Positions 41,563-53,700 of a DNA stretch of 64,000 bases are shown here, one piece after another. The notes beneath the pieces are model-generated. The model searched no databases, had not been told where the DNA came from, and saw only the letters and a program-made list of their open reading frames with translations. Each line of letters starts with the position of its first letter. Position 1 is the stretch's first letter. A program made the translations under genes and the position numbers. This stretch comes from Eledone cirrhosa (lineage: Eukaryota), in the NCBI GenBank assembly GCA_964016885.1, contig OZ024741.1:384028001-384092000 (forward strand), given 5' to 3'.

Positions 41563-41563
<1 letters not shown>
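41369..41563. repeat. Fold-back PLE pLTR remnant with three copies of a hammerhead 3' half
   Basis: CTACAGGACTAGAACTGTTTCACTC (inverted copy), GAGTGAAGCGGCTCTAGTCCTGTAG and GAAACAGTTCTAGTCCTGTAG, between (TA)n tracts. Confidence 0.65.
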
Positions 41564-41635
<72 letters not shown>

Positions 41636-41726
41636 CGAAGGAAATGTGGTAAGGAACCAGGTGGACCATAACGCACCAAAGTACTCAATACTTAGGGTAG
41701 TAGAGTGGGTAATAGGAACCAATAAG

Positions 41727-41820
41727 ACCCCGACGGCTGAGCTCAAGCCGTTTCGACGGCTAATTCTGGACTAAATGAAAATTTATCCCGGTATTTAAAT
41801 AGCCGAGCTTCTCAAGGGGT
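41727..41820 (-). ncRNA. Type I hammerhead ribozyme, variant core UUGAGAA (3' pLTR, sense to ORF)
   Basis: ACCCC-TTGAGAA-G..CGGCTA[loop]TAGCCG.C-GAAA-CGGCT-TGAGCTC-AGCCG-TC^GGGGT; stem I can extend via GGAATT/GGTTCC. Confidence 0.75.
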
Positions 41821-42165
41821 AATTCCATATATGGTCAAAGTGATTGTCACAAGGATTGGTCACAAGTTAGTAGTAATTCTGTGATGGCAAATTAGTGGGG
41901 GAAGGGGTAGCTAAACCTGCCAGTAGGAGAAAAAGGGGAGGGGGTGGAGTAGACCCATTCATGCGTTGGTAGTGCCGGAGGTCAAAGAAGATACTAGGGA
42001 GGGTGTGGGGTAGGAAGTCGAAACGGTAAGTAGAACAATAAAGGGTAAAAATATATTTTAAAAATATATTAATAAAAAAAAAAAATACTGAGAGTGAAGC
42101 GAATAAATGTAAAGAAAAAAATAATAAGCAATTTCTACGACCTAAGTCCCTTGCTATTGCTAGGC

Positions 42166-42216
<51 letters not shown>

Positions 42217-42960
42217 AAAAAAAAATATAAAAATAATAAATAAATACATAAATAAACTAGGTGGGACGGAATAAGAAGGGACCCTTTTAAGAGGTATAAG
42301 TACGTATATCATACGGTGACGGGTCAACAAAGGGGGGGGGGCCAAAATACTAAAGAAACTACCACGAAATAATTAATAAAGGTTTCTACCCAGGCACAAG
42401 GCCGGCAACCACCCAGTGCAGAAAAGTAGACTAGTACTAAATAATAATTCGGAGTCCCGAAAAAACTATACTAATGCTAACTCTAAGAGTACCGCCACGC
42501 TACAAAAGTTCTTATACAAGCTACATGAAAGTTCGTACGAAGTAAAAGTAAAATACGGAAAATTAATTCAGAATCCCCCCCGCCCAAAAGAAAAAAGAAG
42601 AAAGAAATACTGAATAAACGAGAAATTAAAGCAAAGATGCCACTAAGAAATATAGAAGGCACGGAAAAAAAGGGGCAGCGGTCGGATAAGGGGGCAAGTA
42701 TCTGAGGTCTAACACAACTGCTATAAAAAGCGGAGTCCGCCAAATCTATCATAGAATAGGGGAGGGGTGGGGGTATTGAGGCTACAAGGGACCGAGGGGC
42801 TGCCTCGGGTGTGCGAGAAAAAGACGCCGACAAAGAAAAAGAACTGGGGTGGAAGGACTAGGGAGGGATGGGGGGAAAAGTAAATATAGAAGAAGCGATA
42901 AAAGAATATAAAAGAAGATCTTACGTCTCCCTTGGCAAGCAGGGGTGTTATAGCCCTTGT

Positions 42961-45125
42961 CTACCCCCCCCCCCCCCCCGGGTCATTATGGGGTTTGAGG
43001 GCGAGGTAAGTCCTACGCAATCTGTGTTTACATGCAGTAACCAGTTCATCTTTCTTGTTTGGGAGTTGGTCCGTCGAAAACAGCATCTGTAAAGTTTCCT
43101 CCGAGCATAAATTGCACGGACGGCGTCCTCCCGTGTAAGAGTTGGCTCTGGACAGTAATCTCCAAGTGAGATCATAGGTGATGTTATTGTCCTTGAGGTC
43201 CCATATGTGGCCCGAAAATGTAGTGGTGTGACGCCGGGCCGGGTTTCGGAAGGTATGTCTCTGTTGGTATAGCCGGGTCTTGAAGTCACATGCGGTTAAT
43301 CCTATATAAGCTTTGTTGGAGGTGTCCGTCCTCACGTTGCACTGGTAGATCACATTACGGTCTCTGCATCTGTTGTCGAGGGGGCAAATGGATCTATCAG
43401 GACAGTTGCACCTCCTGGTCGGCTCTCCACTGCTATTTAGGTTATTTCTTCCATCGGGGTTGAGTTTTTTGTTGTTGGAGGAGACGATGTTTTGTGCGAA
43501 GTTTGGTGTAGTGCTGTAAGAGAGTTTGATGGTATTTTTGTTAATTATGTTGTGGTAGCGGTGTTGTAGTGGGAAGTATTTTTCAATGAGCCTAAAGAAT
43601 ATTTTCCCGGTGGGAGTTGTCACCTCTGCGTTATGGGGAGGATTGAACGATGTTACATTGCGTGAGCGGCGGTGTCGCCTGCTGGTTCCGCTAATGGGAG
43701 CTGGACAGTAGGAGTTTCCTCCCGGAAACCACTCCGCTTGAGGGCCTGGTTGTAATAAGGCGCATGTTCATCGAATATCTGTTCATTAGCTGACAAACGG
43801 GATATGCGGAGGGAGATGTTTTTGACCAGGTTGTTGGTGATGTTCCTAGGATGGTTTGATCGGCGGTGGATGTAGTGAAGGTTGTCATTAGGTTTCCTGT
43901 ATGGGTAGTACAGGTCGTTATCGAGGTCGAGGGTAACGTCCAGGAAGTTTACTCGGGTCAGGGATGTTTGTAGGGTTATTTTAAATCCCCAGTCGCGGAA
44001 GAAGCTGATTAATTGTTTCCGGACCCAATCTGTACTACTAGGGTTGTACCCTTTAAGGATAAGGAGCCCATCATCACGGTACAATCCACCACCGAATGCA
44101 GGAAACATATCGGTGAGTTTGGCTATTAGGAATATTCCTATAAGATCTGTGACCTCCGCCGAATCCGTAGCGCCCATGCTGACGTCGAAGGGTGAGTCGG
44201 GAGCTCTTTTTATCCATTTGGAGTTGTCAAAGAGTAAGACTGTCTTCCTGGCGTGGAGGATGATTTTTCTTTCCTGGTCGGTGTTGGGCACAAGTGTTTC
44301 GGCGAAGTCCAAGGCAGCAGTAAGTAGCGGTAAGGTGATTGAAGCATAGTAGCTCTCTATGTCAAACTGGATGAATTTAGTGTCTCGTTTATCCTCCATA
44401 TTGCTGAACCATGAGATTACTTCCTGGGTGTTGATCCATAGACTAAGTCAGGCGTGTTGCTTGACTTTTGGTATCACACGGTCTACGATTTTTTTGCTGA
44501 TTCTCCCTATGTCGGACTTCGTTGGGTTAATAAGCCTGATAGAGGGTTTACGGTCGAAATCGGATTTGTGGTCCTTCAGTGTGAAGTAGGGTGTCCGTCG
44601 GTCTAGGGGTTCCGTGCGGTCGGCGACCCCGAGGCTGGAGGTAATTTGTTGTCCATCTAGATTTATGTCCTCGATGCATGAGTGGTTGGCCTTTTTATAG
44701 GTGGAGTTTAGGCTGCTCCTGATCAGTGTGTGGTATCTGTCAGGGTTGACAAAGTATAGGTTCCCAGTTTTATCCGAATGCACCATGATGTCATTGGTGT
44801 TATCATACTCTGTTAAGTTGCTACGGAGTTTTTGTAGGAATCGGTTGTGTCTGGGTTTGAATTTAATGTTCTTGACCAGTTGGAAGAGGTCATTCTCGAA
44901 GGGTGAGAGCAAAGGGTTCGGGGGGGGGGGAGATTTGTAGGTAATAAATCTGAATCTCTCCTTGGTGCCGAAGTCCTGATTGTCGCAATATCTGTCGTAG
45001 AAAAAAGTTCTCCATCTAAGTCTTTTTGCAAATAGATCGATTTTTTGCGTGAGCATCCGAAGGTAAAGTTTTTTCGGTGGGATTGGGATGTTCTTGGTAG
45101 AGAAGTCGATGTTGTGTTTTCGCAT
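42961..45125 (-). pseudogene. PLE RT-GIY-YIG polyprotein (in-frame TGA at 44450-44448, frameshift near 43720)
   Basis: STKNIPIP..KRLRW, SDKTGNLY, TLKDHK..RLINPTKSDIG, FDIESYY, SMGA, YRDD, NFLDVTL, SNHP, FNPP, CNC....CPL...C, VIYQ..YIG, CNLC and CKH. Confidence 0.9.
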
Positions 45126-45489
45126 GGTGCGGGTGAAAGTAATTGAGCTTAGCGGAAAAGTCTGGATACGGCGTGGTAGGGTCGGAAAGTGCTCTACTAC
45201 GGGAATAGGATCTAGAAACTTTTTTTTTTAAATATTTTTTTTAATATTTATTTTATATATTTTTACCCTTCATTGTTCTACTTACCGTTTCGACTTCCTC
45301 CCCCTCCCCCTCCCTAGTATCTTCTTTGACCTCCGGCACTACCAACGCATGAATGGGTCTACTCCACCCCTCCCCTTTTTCTCCTACTGGCAGGTTTAGC
45401 TACCGCTTCCCCCACTAATTTGCCATCACAGAATTACTACTAACTTGTGACCAATCCTTGTGACAATCACTTTGACCATATATGGAATT

Positions 45490-45583
45490 ACCCCTTGAGA
45501 AGCTCGGCTATTTAAATACCAGGATAAATTTTCATTTAGTCCAGAATTAGCCGTCGAAACGGCTTGAGCTCAGCCGTCGGGGT
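45490..45583 (+). ncRNA. Type I hammerhead ribozyme, variant core UUGAGAA (inverted pLTR copy)
   Basis: Stem I 45490-45494/45579-45583, core 45495-45501, GAAA 45556-45559, GUC triplet 45576-45578. Confidence 0.75.
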
Positions 45584-45643
45584 CTATATATAAACAAGAC
45601 GTTTAAGTCAACAGGTTAAAATTAATTTCGTTTACTTATATTC

Positions 45644-45702
45644 GCTGTTAAACATATTTCGGCGATAGCCATTATGCAACAGCTATGACCTCATTAGACA
45701 GC
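45644..45702 (-). ncRNA. Degenerate hammerhead ribozyme in another PLE 3' remnant
   Basis: Minus strand reads GCTGT-CTAATGA-GG..ATAGC[loop]GCTAT..CC-GAAA-TATG-TTTA-ACAGC; G5 is mutated to A. The flank resembles 40965-41003. Confidence 0.55.
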
Positions 45703-45962
45703 TAGAATTTGAACAGAAAAAAAACAGAAAATCGTAACAATGGAATAAGGTTTGCTTCTGTTATTTCGATTTTTTTATATGCTCATTGCTGAAGTTTGGT
45801 GTTGTTTTCTCAAAGTACTGGTTGCATATGCTTCAGAATGAACGAATTCAAGCATCAGTAGAATTCACCTCCTTCCCATTGGTCAGATTTAGTTTCACCA
45901 TTCCAATAACAAGTATGTATATATATATGTGTGTATATCAGATTTCTATCTATGTATGTATG

Positions 45963-46360
45963 TTCTTCTGGTTTTATAATTTCACAAATTTTTTTCCAAT
46001 AAAGAGAGAGGAGTCGGTTTCTAACATAGAAACAAGACTCTCGCATTCGAATTTACACAACATCAACTAGGTAGTTTATGTATGCATGCATGTGTAGATA
46101 TGGATGTTATTGTATGTGTGGATGTGTATGTTTTGAGTTGTATGTGTGCGTGTGTATATGCTTTGTATCTGCACATGTGTATATGCAGTTATTAGATGCA
46201 AAATGTTTGGAATGTTTTACATATTTTTACTGTTCCATTAATGGATTGTACTTGTAATTTCCTAACTAGTTGTGTTCTTTCTGTTCCTGTGAAGCCTAGC
46301 TTCTAAAGATTTGTATTGAGGCAGTTACTAACATACCCCAGTGCCACAATAATCACAGGC
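45963..46360 (-). mobile_element. 5'-truncated copy of the (CATA)n-associated R4-clade LINE
   Basis: Matches 46867-47240; both ends abut (TATG)n. Confidence 0.88.
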
Positions 46361-46400
46361 TGTATGTATGTATGTATGTATGTATGTATGTATGTATGTA

Positions 46401-46850
46401 TGTATGTATGTATGTATGTATGGCCATCTAAAATCACCGGGAGAGATGACCTCTTAGCCTTTGTCAAGGCAGAATTCTAGGAGAAAGAAAACTTTGATAT
46501 AACACCTGCAACCCTGATGGTATCCAATAATGTTGACTTGTTCTTCTTTTTGGTAAATATCATCTTGGTTAAGAGAGAGGGACTGGCTTTGTGCAGTGCC
46601 TTTGCTCACTATAAAAGCTTCACGGCACAGGCATTGCTTTATATCTGGAGATCTCCCTTTACTTGTCGTCACATGGTACCATGGGCCCAGCACTATGTGT
46701 CAATAATTGTCACAAGCGTAGTGTTTGTACCAGACTTTTCAAGTTAATGGCTGGACTAAAAAGTCACACTCGTAGGGGTTCGGTAGGGGTTCTCCAACAT
46801 GGATATAAAGTAGTGGCCGTACTCGAAAACGAGTTGGCAGCCACCACCAC
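46401..46850. repeat. Inverted third copy of the 33384/34008 repeat family
   Basis: TAGCCTTTGTCAAGGCA..TTCTAGGAGAA and AGAGAGGGACTGGCT..GCTCACT..CACAGGCATTGC are reverse complements of motifs at 34090-34292. Confidence 0.65.
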
Positions 46851-46866
46851 CATGTATGTATGTATG

Positions 46867-49800
46867 TTCTTCTGGTTTTATAATTTCACAAACCTTTTCC
46901 CAATAGAGAGAGAGTCGGTTTCTAACATAGACACAAGACTCTCTCATTCGAATTTACACAACATCAACTAGGTAGATTATGTATGTATGCATGCATGTGT
47001 AGATATGGATGTTATTGTATGTGTGGATGTGGATGTTTTGAGTTGTATGTGTGCATGTGTATATGCAGTTATTAGATGCAAAGTTTTTGGAATGTTTTAC
47101 ATATTTTTACTGTTCCATTAATGGATTGTACTTTTAATTTCCTAACTAGTTGTGTTCTTTCTGTTCCTGTGAAGCCTAGCTTCTCAAGATTTGTATTGAG
47201 GCAGTTACTAACATACCCCTGTGCCCCAATAATCACAGGCATAAATCTGAAGCTGTAATCAGGGTGGAGTATCTGCAGATTTCTCATCAGTTCTGCATAA
47301 ATATTCTCCTTTTCGCTAATCTTTGATATTATATTGGCATCTGCTGGGCAGCTAATTTCCACTACTGTGCATGCTTTCTTCTCCCTGTCCCATATCATAA
47401 TATCTGGTCTGTTATGCCTGCATTTTATTGGGGTGTTTACTGGAACATTCCAACAGTACTCTTTCATATTATGTACATGGATGTCTTCCACATTACTGTA
47501 GCTTTTAATGTGTTTATTATCGGGGCTATATTTTTTACGAACTGCATTGTAGTGTTTTCGCCACTACATCATGCCTCATACGTAGATAGTACCGCGATGA
47601 CATCTTTGGACAGCGGCTGATGACATGGGTGATATCCTCGATGTTAGTTCTGCAGAGTTTGCACTTGTTAGCACATCTTGGTGTTTTGCCTGCATCCCTA
47701 TCTCTTTTGTGAATCAGGTATTTCGTGCTAATCTCCTGTTCTTGGATTGCAAAAGCGTATCCTTCAAAGTGGGAGCCAATATAGCTGTGTTGGTCCAAGA
47801 TAGACTACTTTCTTTATTACTTTCACTCTGGAGCTTCCTGGCAACATATCCATGCATGATTTTTTGCTGATAAGCATGCAACTTTTCATCCATAGATTCA
47901 CTGCGATACTGTTGAGCGACTTCCCTGGGTGTGAGTTTTTGATTATCACACAGGGAATATCTCTCGAGGAGTTCCTTCCCAAGTCGCATGATCTTATCTG
48001 TTTCATGCAGATAGACTTCATCGAGAAACGGGCTCCTACGATTCGAGGTTCGTAGATGTTGTCGGAGAGATATGATGCGACATTCAAATGTTGTCTGGAC
48101 TGATGTTAGGCCTCTGCCTCCCTGCTTACGTTTCAAGTAAAGGCGGTCTATGTCACTGTTGATGTGGAAGTTTCCGGTGTTGTTCAGTATTTTTCGAGTT
48201 CCAACATCAACTGCTCGGATTTCGTCTATCGTCCAATTAAGCATTCCAAACATTGGTGTTAGGACAGGCACAGAAAACACATTGTGAGCCACTGTTTTGT
48301 TTTGCGCAGAGAGTTCCGATAACCAGATCTTTCTTAATCGGGTGTAGTATTCACTGGTTACGCGTTCTTTATTACAGATACCATTATAGGATATGTTCTC
48401 ATCTATCCCCAGGTATCTGTACCAGTCCTCATCAGATATCGGTTAAACAGTTAGGCCATTGATGACAATGTTGCTAGACTGGGTTGTTGTTTTTCCCCGC
48501 TTTACAGTACACTCATGTATGAGCATTTATCTTGGCCAAACTCCATTCCTATGTCCTTTGAAAACGTTGTAACCAGGTCAAGATTTTTCTTCATCCCATC
48601 CATGTTCTTTGCATAGAGTTTCAGATCATCCACAAAGAAATTATGGGTTAGGTTCGTATTTCTGTCCTCCTGTGAGCCATTGATGTTTCCCTCGCATTTC
48701 TTGAGCAGAAAGGACAAGGGGTTTAATGACAAGATGAATAATATCACAGAGAGACTGTCCCCCTGAAATATACCCCTGCAATATTTTATTTTATCATTGA
48801 AAATAGAGACCTTCCTCTCTGTCTTTAACCTTAGGATAGTAGCCCAAGAAGAAGACAGCCTCTCTATGGCTCTGACAATAATGTCTGGGACTTTAGCAAG
48901 TTGGAGGACCTCTATCATCCAAGAGTGGGGAACAGAATCGAAAGCTTTCCTGTAGTCCAGCCAGACTGTATCCATATTCCTCCTAATTTGTCGCACCTCC
49001 GACATCGCAGTTTTGTTAATTAGTTGTTCAGCACATCCCCAAACCACTTTTTTTCCAGCTGCTTGTTCATCTGTGATGATGTTATTATTTTCACAAACAT
49101 CGTTTCTATTTTATTTTTCACTCTTTGTTGGTGAGGAGTGAGGATTTTTGTGTTTGTTTGCATGTAAGGAGCATTGTCACATATCCTATGGTTTTTCGTA
49201 GGTCAGCAATCTTTTTTTCTATTTTAGTTATATATGATGGTATTTTTGGTGGTGTTCTGTTCTTGTTAATATCTCTGCTATCACCAAGATAATGCTTCAC
49301 TGTCGTTGCTAGGGCATATAAATAGGCGTTTAATTGCCAAAATATTGGGGGTTATATCCGTCGTAAATATTCATCCCTTATTTCGTCAATAACACGTAAT
49401 ATTTCATTATTTTGTTTTGTTTTTTATTAAACATTGTCGTTTTAACACGTTCAGCAAGAGAGATATTTATACAAGAATTAATTTCTCTCTGGAAGATGTC
49501 GTTGAGGAAAATTTTCAATTGTTTATACTTTTGATTATTATCATTATCGATAGAACTTTCCACAACATTCGAGGTAGACTCGGATGGTACACGTGGTGTC
49601 ACATTTCTTCGATTATTATTATTAATTCTTCGAATATTATTATTATCGAAAATGTTTTCTCCAGCATTCGAGGTAGACTTAGATGGTACAGGTGGTGTCA
49701 AGTTTCTTATAGGCATAGTTGTATCAAGGCGCTGTTCGACCTGGGTGCTAGGAAGTCTAGTAGCATGGCGACCTGTAGCACGTGTTGTTGATAACATGTT

Positions 49801-50340
49801 TGTTGTGGGGGACTTCCAATTAATACTATTTATCTTATTTTTACGTTCAACAAACGTCGCTTGTTGGCGTAATTGTTTCGCTGTGAAATAATTTAGCTCT
49901 GGGTGCATTTCGTCCCAGTGTAGCTTCATTCTGTTCATATAGCCAATGGAGGGATTGTTTTTTGCCATTTTATAACAATTAAATAAATCATTAAGTTCGA
50001 AACTCCAAGAGAAATGCGATTTATAATTTCGGTCTCTTCTGTAGCTACAACTGAATAAAGTTTGTTTACCTTACTTGTTGGTTGTCTTCGGTACTTCCTT
50101 AATTTTGTTGTTGATGTTATGTTCAGCCATGCTGTTTGTAGCAAATCCTTGTAAAATGATTTATGTATTTAGTCGGATATCTCTACGAATTCTAATAAAA
50201 GGTGTCTTCAGAAGATATAGTTAGAAGAATAACCACTTATTCAACATGACTGTTGTTGTGGCATTACTGTCGGAGATAGTATTCATCTTAAATTTAATAA
50301 ATAGTCTCCCACGTCAAAATATGCGACTGATCGCGTTGAA
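46867..50340 (-). mobile_element. R4/Dong-clade LINE (third family), internally deleted, flanked by (CATA)n
   Basis: N-terminal GYMNRMKLHWDE, LDYRKAFDSVPHSW, FQGDSLS, FVDDLK, DIDRLYL..GGRGL, CKLC..HVISRC and NRPDI...VVEISCP. Confidence 0.9.
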
Positions 50341-50342
50341 TG

Positions 50343-50376
<34 letters not shown>

Positions 50377-50401
50377 TGTATGTATACGTTTTCACCTCTC
50401 C

Positions 50402-50464
<63 letters not shown>

Positions 50465-50743
50465 TACAGACACACACACATACAGACACACACGCATACA
50501 TATATATATGTACATGTGTGTGTATGTATGTGTGTGTGTATATATATATATATAGAGAGAGAGAGAGAAAGAGAGAGAGGGAGAGAGAGAAAGAGGGAGA
50601 GAGAGGAGAGGTGGAAACGTATACATACATACATACATACATACATACATACATACATACATACATGCATACATACATACATACATACATACATACATAC
50701 ATACATACATACATACATACATACATACATACATACATACATA
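50341..50743. repeat. Mirror-arranged compound microsatellite fold-back
   Basis: (TATG)n-ATACGTTTTCACCTCTCC-(TC)(TA)(CA) | (TG)(TA)(GA)-GGAGAGGTGGAAACGTAT-(CATA)n. Confidence 0.85.
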
Positions 50744-50749
50744 CAAATC

Positions 50750-53700
50750 TTATAAAACTGAAATACGTTGCTTGAAGTTTATTGTATCGAAACGACACAC
50801 AGATTCACAACTGACAAGAAAGTATAAGCTGGATTTCCCGGCACCCCGAGAGCAAGACCCATTTCCCCCCGAAATCTTGTTAAAAGTAAATGTTCCCAAT
50901 CTAAGAAATTTGATTGACACCCTTTTTTCAGTGAATTTGACTCAAAATGTAACAAGCTAACGGTAGGCTTATTAACTAAAATATTCAAATAAAGCTTTTC
51001 TTAACCACTACAACAGCATGCCATATCATGCCATGGGTCCCTAATTCCTGACAGATCGTAGGGTTGCCACAGGGTTATACGGTGAATGCCGGGCATTTAA
51101 ACTTGAGAGAACCCATCACTCTTCAGATCTGAACACATCCGAGAGAGAACGACAGTGAGGAAATGAAAAACTTATATAGAGAAAGAATCAACCCAATTCC
51201 TGAACTTGTGTTTTATTTGTCGACCTTAAAAAGGATGAAAAGCAAAGTTGACCCCAGCGGTATTTGAACTGACGTTCTAATGACCTTACAAATTCACTGC
51301 ATATACAACAGTATGGTTCCGTAACTCCTGAGCGCCGTATTGATATCCGACTTTTCTAGGGACATTTTAAACCCTAGCAGAGACCATGTTTCTCTCCAGG
51401 TCTGAATAAAGCAGATTTCTTCCAGAAAAGGATTGAGAGAATGGAAATGAGAAAAATATATAAAGAAAGAATCGACCCCAGTAATTGACTGCTATATTTT
51501 TTTTATCGACCTCGAATGGATGAAAGGCAAAGTTAACCTCTGCGGGATTTGAACAGAGAGAGCAAAAGAGCCGGAACGAATACCACAAAGAATTCTATCC
51601 GACGTTCTAACGACTCTGCCAATGTGTCGACACGCAACAGCATACTAATTAATAATCAGCAACATTTGTCTTGCTGTCCCATTCAATTAAGTATCAAGAT
51701 TGTTTTTATCTGTTTTGCCTTTAAAGTCATTAAGCTTTCATACTTCATAAATAATTTCTATATGCCCTAAGCTATAGCTACTACCCAGCATACATATTTT
51801 TCGAATTTTATTTATGTTTTTAATTTTTGTTCATTATAAAATCTTGTTAAAATCTCCTTAACTACAATCTCGGATATTTTTCAAGAAAGATTGTTTAATT
51901 AAAGCATTATTCATTAGAAACATTTTTATTAATGAATTATGTAGTGTAGACATCTGTACTTGGGAAGTAATTTCTTTTTTATGAACGTTAATTCTGCCAC
52001 TGAAATAGTCTGATTTGTTTCCAATGCAACTTATGACCTCTGATTATTGATTTGTCACCAAGGATATTAAATATCAATTCTTATGATATCCTTCCACCAA
52101 AGTAATCACTAAACTGAATTGTGAGCTCGTGCTTAAACTTAAGACTTATTTTCTCGTTGCTCAAAAATATATTATTAAACTATTTTGCCTTTCTTGAAAT
52201 AATACTCGACCTTGCTTTTTTATTGAATTGCAATTTTGTATATTTCTAGCCTGGGTATAAAGATTTTGGTCCAATGATAAATGAAAATAAACAATAAATT
52301 CGTTTTACGTCGCATGACAGACTGTAATAAACAGGTGACTGCCAGTGATAAGATGTCATAAGAAAATATATATTTTTGCCAATATTAAAATATAGATTAT
52401 CAGAAAATGTTTGGAAACACTAAAGCACTCTTTTGTTCTCTATATCATCTTAGAAGATATTTCCGAATTTTGTCTGTAAAAGATGGCACAAAGAGAAAAA
52501 TAAGTCTTTCAACCTCTTATAGCATCGAATACATCGTCATTGCTACAGAGGAGTTTAGCAACAGTCCTCGACTACTATATCAATAATGCTTGGTCCAAAT
52601 TAGGCTCTTCCTCTTGATAATCATAGCAACCCAGACGTATCCCACGGAAGACTTGCTGATATCTTTAATATTGGAGAACGATGACCTGGTATTGTAGAAA
52701 GAGTGATTTAACCAAAAGTATGGTACCTAGAAAAGTTACTTCAACCCAAGTACAATGTAAACTTCTAACATACATTTTCATATTTTTCATCAGTGTCTCT
52801 TTTTAACGTAACACATGATTTGTGTGCCGTTTCACTCATGTAATTCAAATAGACCCAATCATACATGTGTTTGCCGGAGAGGCAACAAAGCACCAGTGTC
52901 TAGTATACGTTGTATCTAAAAGAGTGTTCATCAAACTAAATAAACTATAATATTTCCCACGAAGAACATTTAGGAGGTTGTCATTATCAAAGTAAGATTC
53001 TACAATTCAGTACTTGAGAAACATCTCGTATAAATGCTTTTACTTTTGATCACTGGTACTGATCCACATTTCATACTTCTAATATCAGTTGATTGCACAA
53101 CAGCTTCCCTAGTGAAGCTATTGTGAAATCAACTGATATTAGCGACATGAAATGCTGTAGTAGAAAGCCTCTCCGCTTTATAATCTATTACTATCTGCAT
53201 CTTCACCGAATTTCTTTTAGTTTTACAAGAAAGTGTAAACTGATCACTAACGTAGTTTATATTTCGATCAATAACACTGATGTATTAGATAATGTTCATT
53301 TTAACACAGACACAAATAGCATTTTGCAGGCATGCCTCCAGAATGTATATAGTCTTTCGTCTCGGAAATTGGAATGTCAATTAGGTTACATATTAGGCTG
53401 CTCGGAATGAGAATTCCACGATTTCTATAATACAGCGCTCGAATACCGAACTTTATATCAGTTGCTGATTAGAATATTTTGAATGTGAAAGTTTTTTCAG
53501 CGATCACTCGAACTATTCCTCCCTTCGTTGTCCAAATCAAACAATCACATGCTTTCATAGAAGTGGTGGCAAGAATGTATGGCTAGAATAATATCAGAGA
53601 AGAAATGATGAAGTTAACACAACGCTAACAACATTGAATTCTTTGTGAAGATAATTGATGGAATACATTCAATCAATGTCGATCGATTGTGACAAGTTTG

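Larger units (their letters stand above)
41635..45585 (-). mobile_element. Penelope-like retroelement, Naiad-type, with 5' inverted pLTR
   Basis: RT + C-terminal GIY-YIG ORF; 45221-45585 is a near-perfect inverted copy of 41725-42085; inserted in (TA)n. Confidence 0.92.
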
